Part shown: piece after piece, positions 59,735 through 64,000 of the stretch
Layout: each line of letters starts with the position of its first letter
Position numbering within the stretch: position 1 is the stretch's first letter
Origin: Candidatus Latescibacterota bacterium
GTDB taxonomy: Bacteria > Latescibacterota > UBA2968
Assembly (NCBI GenBank): GCA_965116885.1
Contig: OZ220741.1
Span: 3,264,001-3,328,000 of the forward strand
DNA length: 64,000 bases
Reading direction: 5' to 3'
Program-made: the position numbers and the translations under genes
Notes under the pieces: generated by a model
The model's database searches: none
Seen by the model: the letters and a program-made list of their open reading frames with translations, nothing else
What the model was told of the DNA's origin: nothing

Positions 59735-60106
59735 ATGCCGCATCCCATTCGCATTACAGTTGGCGATATTGAACTCGACGCCGAGTTGAACGATTCGCAA
59801 ACAGCAGACAAAATTCGCGAGGTTTTGCCGCTGGATTGTTCGTTTAATACATGGGGCGATGAGATTTACTTTGCTATTCCCGTTCAAGCGGGTCCCGAAG
59901 ATGCATGTGAAACTGTGGCGTTAAACGACCTCGGGTATTGGCCGCCGGGTCATGCGTTTTGCATTTTTTACGGTCAGACCCCGGCCAGTCACGGAGATGA
60001 AATTCGTCCGGCAAGTCCCGTCAATATTATTGGACGGGTGCTGGGTGATGCCACGGTGCTCAAATCTGTTTCGGGAGTAAGCAATATCGTGGTTGAAGCG
60101 GTTTAG
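59735..60106 (+). CDS. Cyclophilin-like fold protein (TM1367/DUF369-like)
   Basis: NTWGDEIYF, LGYWPPGHAFCIFYGQTP, PASPVNIIG. Confidence 0.85.
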   Translation: MPHPIRITVGDIELDAELNDSQTADKIREVLPLDCSFNTWGDEIYFAIPVQAGPEDACETVALNDLGYWPPGHAFCIFYGQTPASHGDEIRPASPVNIIGRVLGDATVLKSVSGVSNIVVEAV

Positions 60107-60107
60107 G

Positions 60108-60184
<77 letters not shown>

Positions 60185-60239
60185 AAATATATTGTTAAGA
60201 GGCGAGAGGCGAGATCCCTCTTGTATCTCACTGTTTTCA

Positions 60240-60512
60240 GGTCGTGCTAGACGGGGAGATAGCGGTGCCCTGTAGCCCGCAATCCGCTATAGCGGGGTCG
60301 AATTCCACGTCTGAGAACCGGTATTTTGGATCGCGGTCAATGAGTAGGCAGCGTTGATCGTCAGGTCCTGCGCAACGTGCCTATGCCGAACCCCGTCAGG
60401 ACCGGAAGGTAGCAGCGGTAAGCAAATCGGTGCGTGTGCCGCAGGGGCACCTGGCAGGAGCCAGCGCTCGTTGAACGCCCCGGGATAGCGGTTCGAAGCG
60501 CGGTGCACGACC
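60240..60512 (+). ncRNA. ffs: Signal recognition particle RNA, large (Alu-containing) type
   Basis: Helix 8 motif TCAGGACCGGAAGGTAGCAG; terminal GGTCGTGC/GCACGACC pairing; Alu-like 5' segment; sits upstream of dnaX. Confidence 0.93.
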
Positions 60513-60561
60513 TTTTTTCAGGTTGGGGGCTGGGGTTGGAAAGGCCCCCTTTGGAGTTCTT

Positions 60562-62283
60562 ATGTCTTACACGGTAATGGCCCGCACGCGAAGGCCACAG
60601 GCATTTGAAACCGTGGTTGCACAAAACCATGTGACCACCACATTGCAAAACGCCATTCGGCTGGAGCGGGTGGCGCAGTCGTATCTGTTTTCCGGGCCGA
60701 GAGGAACGGGTAAGACCACGACGGCGCGATTGCTTGCCATGGCGCTCAATTGCGAGCAGGGGCCAACGGCGGAACCGTGTAGAGAGTGTGCTTCGTGTGT
60801 TGCCATCCGTCAGGGCAACAGCATGGATGTGCTGGAGATTGACGGGGCCTCGAATCGCGGGATTGATGAAATCAGGCAATTGCGCGAAGAGGTGGGGTAT
60901 GCGGCTTCGCAAGGCAAGCGCAAGGTTTATATTATCGATGAAGTACACATGCTCACTACCGAGGCTTTTAATGCCTTGCTCAAAACACTCGAAGAACCGC
61001 CAGCGCATGTTGTTTTTGTATTTGCTACAACCGAGGCTCACAAAGTCCCTGAAACCATTTTGTCCCGGTGTCAGCGCTACAATTTTCGGCGCATTCCACC
61101 CATGGCAATTGTGGAAGAGCTCAAAAAGGCTGTGGATGAAGAAGGCGTAACAGCGGAAGAAACGGCGCTGTTTTTGATCGCGCGGAAAGCCGATGGGGGC
61201 ATGCGTGATGCACTGAGTTTGTTGGATCAGGTCATTGCATTTTCAGATGCTGATATTACGGAAGATGCGGTACAAAATTTACTGGGTTTGATTCCCCGAG
61301 ATGTGTATTTTGACCTGACGCAGGCCATTGTGGAGCGGGATGGTGCTCGCGCGTTGGAGATTGTTGACGAACTGGCGCGCGAAGGCAGTGATTTGGGTGA
61401 ATTTGTGGCGGGGCTGATGGCGCATTTTCGACATTTGCTCGTTGCTTGTGCCGCGGGAGATTTAACAGATGAAAATTTACCAGAAGCCGATCGCGTGCAG
61501 TATGCAGAGGTCGCAGCGCAATTTGAAGAGGCAGATCTCGTGCGTATGCTCAATGCCGTGGGGGAATTGGAAACGCAGATTAGTCGAGTGACCGAGCCTC
61601 GATTCTGGCTCGAGTTGACAGTTATGAAGCTGGTACAGATGACGTCAAGTGTAGATTTGCAGGTTTTGATTGGTCGATTAGAACAACTCGAGCGGGGGTT
61701 AAAAAGCCAGGGGACGGCTACTGAAACACGAAGGCCATTGCCCAGACCTCAACCTGCACCACAGCAGAAAGCGACATCATCTGGACCAGATACGCGCGTC
61801 AGGGGAGAGAAGTTACCACCGCGGCCAACGGCTCCCAAATCTTCACCGCCGCAACAGAGGGGCAACGGTCGGCCCGTGGTAGAACAGCCGCAAGAAGAAG
61901 TACCTCCAATGCCAGATGTATCTTCAGAAGAACCGCCAGACTTTTCTGTTATAAAAGATAAGTGGGCGCAACTGGTACAGGCAGTGAAGGTCAAGAAGAT
62001 GTCGTTGGGCACATTTTTGGACGAGGGCAGCCCGCAATCAATGGATGGGCGCCATCTGGTGGTATCTTTTCAAAAGCACCGCGAATTTCACGCCAATCAG
62101 GTGCGGCGTAGCCGCGCTATAGTAGAAGAAGTTGCGCGCGGTGTTTTTGGAGGTGCAGTTACCATTTCGTGTGAGGTTGTTTACGATGATAATAAAGAGC
62201 AAATAGTTGAGGAGAAGGATGTAGAAGACGATGAGCGCGTGCAGATGGTGATGCAGGTGTTTAGTGGGGAAGTGATCAGGTAG
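60562..62283 (+). CDS. dnaX: DNA polymerase III subunit gamma/tau
   Basis: GPRGTGKTT, EIDGASN, DEVHML, KTLEEPP, SRC. Confidence 0.96.
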   Translation: MSYTVMARTRRPQAFETVVAQNHVTTTLQNAIRLERVAQSYLFSGPRGTGKTTTARLLAMALNCEQGPTAEPCRECASCVAIRQGNSMDVLEIDGASNRGIDEIRQLREEVGYAASQGKRKVYIIDEVHMLTTEAFNALLKTLEEPPAHVVFVFATTEAHKVPETILSRCQRYNFRRIPPMAIVEELKKAVDEEGVTAEETALFLIARKADGGMRDALSLLDQVIAFSDADITEDAVQNLLGLIPRDVYFDLTQAIVERDGARALEIVDELAREGSDLGEFVAGLMAHFRHLLVACAAGDLTDENLPEADRVQYAEVAAQFEEADLVRMLNAVGELETQISRVTEPRFWLELTVMKLVQMTSSVDLQVLIGRLEQLERGLKSQGTATETRRPLPRPQPAPQQKATSSGPDTRVRGEKLPPRPTAPKSSPPQQRGNGRPVVEQPQEEVPPMPDVSSEEPPDFSVIKDKWAQLVQAVKVKKMSLGTFLDEGSPQSMDGRHLVVSFQKHREFHANQVRRSRAIVEEVARGVFGGAVTISCEVVYDDNKEQIVEEKDVEDDERVQMVMQVFSGEVIR

Positions 62284-62325
62284 GGATTGCTGTGTTGGGA
62301 ACATTGCTTTTTAAGGAGATGGAGT

Positions 62326-62652
62326 ATGGCAAAAGGTATGGGCGCGATGATGAAGCAGGCTCAAAAGTTGCAGGCCAAGCTGGCCAGGGTGCAAGAAGAA
62401 CTGGGAGCAAAAGAGGTAGAGGCAACTTCGGGGGGGGGTATGGTGACAGTAAGAGCCAGTGGGCATCAAGATATTTTGTCTATTAAAATTAATCCCGAAG
62501 TTGTCGATCCCGAAGATGTGGAAATGTTGGAAGACCTCGTGCTGGCGGCGGTTCAGCAGGTGCGTCAAAAAGCTGCGGATATGGCTGAGGCAGAAATGCA
62601 GAAAGCCACAGCGGGTCTTATTCCGCCCGGCATGAATATGCCGGGGTTCTAA
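62326..62652 (+). CDS. ybaB: YbaB/EbfC nucleoid-associated protein
   Basis: MMKQAQKLQ, SGGGMV, DVEMLEDLVLAA; lies between dnaX and recR. Confidence 0.93.
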   Translation: MAKGMGAMMKQAQKLQAKLARVQEELGAKEVEATSGGGMVTVRASGHQDILSIKINPEVVDPEDVEMLEDLVLAAVQQVRQKAADMAEAEMQKATAGLIPPGMNMPGF

Positions 62653-62697
62653 GGGGAGAAACGCGAAGTCCTCGCGCTATAGTTTTTGGAGTTTTCC

Positions 62698-63291
62698 ATG
62701 GCATCAGAGGCCATTGAAAAATTGATTGTCGCTTTGAATCGGTTGCCCGGGGTCGGCGCTAAAACAGCACGGCGCCTCGCGCTGGAGATGTTGACATGGG
62801 ATACGGATGAGGTGCGCGAACTCGCCGATTTGATGGTGGATGTCAAGACCCGGGTGCGGCGGTGTTCAATTTGTTTTAATTTAACTGAGGTCGAGCCGTG
62901 TTCTGTGTGCAGCGATACGCGTCGAGATCGTTCCAGTGTGATGGTAGTTGATTTTATCGGCGATCTTTTGGCATTTGAGCGCACCGGGCTTTATCGAGGG
63001 CTTTATCACGTACTGGACGGGCGAATTTCGCCCCTGGATGGTATTGGGCCAGAAGATTTGAATATTTCCCCGTTGCTCCACCGCTTGCGCCAGGGGGAAA
63101 TTCGAGAAGTGATTCTCGCCAATGGCCCGACCGTAGAGGGCGATGCCACAGCACAATATTTGTCTCAATGTTTGACTCCGTTTGAAGTATCTGTCACACA
63201 AATTGCGCGCGGGTTGCCAGTGGGCAGTGATCTCGCCCTGGCCGATCAAGTGACATTGTCGCGTGCGCTGGAAGGCCGTCGGGAGTATTAA
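62698..63291 (+). CDS. recR: Recombination mediator RecR
   Basis: LPGVGAKTARRL, CSIC..CSVC zinc finger, YHVL.G.ISPLDGIGP, Toprim domain. Confidence 0.96.
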   Translation: MASEAIEKLIVALNRLPGVGAKTARRLALEMLTWDTDEVRELADLMVDVKTRVRRCSICFNLTEVEPCSVCSDTRRDRSSVMVVDFIGDLLAFERTGLYRGLYHVLDGRISPLDGIGPEDLNISPLLHRLRQGEIREVILANGPTVEGDATAQYLSQCLTPFEVSVTQIARGLPVGSDLALADQVTLSRALEGRREY

Positions 63292-63933
63292 ATGCCCCAG
63301 GTAAATACCATAGAGTCGAATCGGATGACAATGCCTGAGCCGCATACCCCAAATCGGTTGTGGACAGTGCCCAATGTTTTAACAGTGTCGCGGTTGTTGC
63401 TTACGCCCGTGTTTTTGCTGTTGATTTTTGCTGCCAACTGGTATTTTAAAATCCTCGCGCTACTCGTATTTACCGTAGCCTCGTTGACCGATTTCTACGA
63501 TGGGCGCATCGCGCGGCGCGACGGCACAGTGACCAATTTTGGTCGCTTTATGGATCCGCTGGCCGATAAGTTACTGGTATCTGCGGCATTGATTGCATTT
63601 GTGCATTTGGGCATGGTTGAAGCATGGCTTATCGGGGCGATGCTCGTGCGCGATGTCGTAATTACGGGATTGCGAATTTTTGCGATTCGACGCGGAAAGC
63701 CCGTGGTGACTTCACAACTTGCCAAGTGGAAAACCATGCTGCAATTGGTGCTTGTTTTTGGCATTTTGATCTTTATTAATGTGCGGGTAGTCGAAGCCGA
63801 ATTGGCTGCCCAACCAATTGTGCTCGTGGGCGATATTTCTTATTGGGTTTTGAATGTCCTGGTGGCTGTAGTGACCCTCGTTGCCGTGATTTCAGGCGTC
63901 CGATATTTAATTGAAAATCGCAAGACGTTTTGA
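63292..63933 (+). CDS. pgsA: CDP-diacylglycerol--glycerol-3-phosphate 3-phosphatidyltransferase
   Basis: PNVLTVSR, TDFYDGRIAR...VTNFGRFMDPLADK, KWKT. Confidence 0.92.
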   Translation: MPQVNTIESNRMTMPEPHTPNRLWTVPNVLTVSRLLLTPVFLLLIFAANWYFKILALLVFTVASLTDFYDGRIARRDGTVTNFGRFMDPLADKLLVSAALIAFVHLGMVEAWLIGAMLVRDVVITGLRIFAIRRGKPVVTSQLAKWKTMLQLVLVFGILIFINVRVVEAELAAQPIVLVGDISYWVLNVLVAVVTLVAVISGVRYLIENRKTF

Positions 63934-64000
63934 GGTGAGCGAATAGCTAACTGCTATGACAGATTTTCGGCCTTCTGAGCCATCATTTTTTGTCCGGTTG

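Noticed and set aside
61695..61710. dnaX programmed -1 frameshift site
   Set aside because: Only TTAAAAAGC (five A) is present; there is no A_AAA_AAG heptamer or long A run, and no obvious stimulatory hairpin.

Overview
This is a bacterial chromosomal window of moderate GC. Its gene repertoire (five PhyH-family Fe/2OG enzymes, several Gfo/Idh/MocA oxidoreductases, a sulfatase, a sialidase-like protein, a microcompartment-type RpiB) resembles marine or sponge-associated Latescibacterota/Poribacteria-like genomes; that assignment is inference only. Core genes are parA-parB, ppdK, rpsT, adk, xylA and the tadA-tRNA-Ser2-tRNA-Ala-long SRP RNA-dnaX-ybaB-recR-pgsA block, plus tRNA-Lys and tRNA-Asn. 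There is a sulfur-carrier-type cysteine cluster (cysH, cysM, JAMM protease, ThiS/MoaD carrier, Rrf2, cysK) and a BlaI-BlaR1(M56)-TonB module with visible operators. An accessory region (about 42.6-57.1 kb) ends at the 3' end of tRNA-Asn. It holds a tandem PhyH duplication around a methyltransferase, an orphan DUF6088 antitoxin-like gene, decayed gene remnants and an NYN ribonuclease. The best novelty candidates are: (1) the NYN RNase preceded by its own promoter, a palindromic operator and a ~140-nt multi-hairpin RNA, possibly an RNA-antitoxin/RNase-toxin system; (2) duplicated PhyH enzymes with a halogenase-like HxG motif and a hyper-divergent loop; (3) a sulfur carrier masked by a GG-CSF extension next to its JAMM protease; (4) an RpiB carrying an encapsulation-peptide-like N-terminus. 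I saw no CRISPR array, integrase or transposase. All family assignments come from motif recognition, not database searches.
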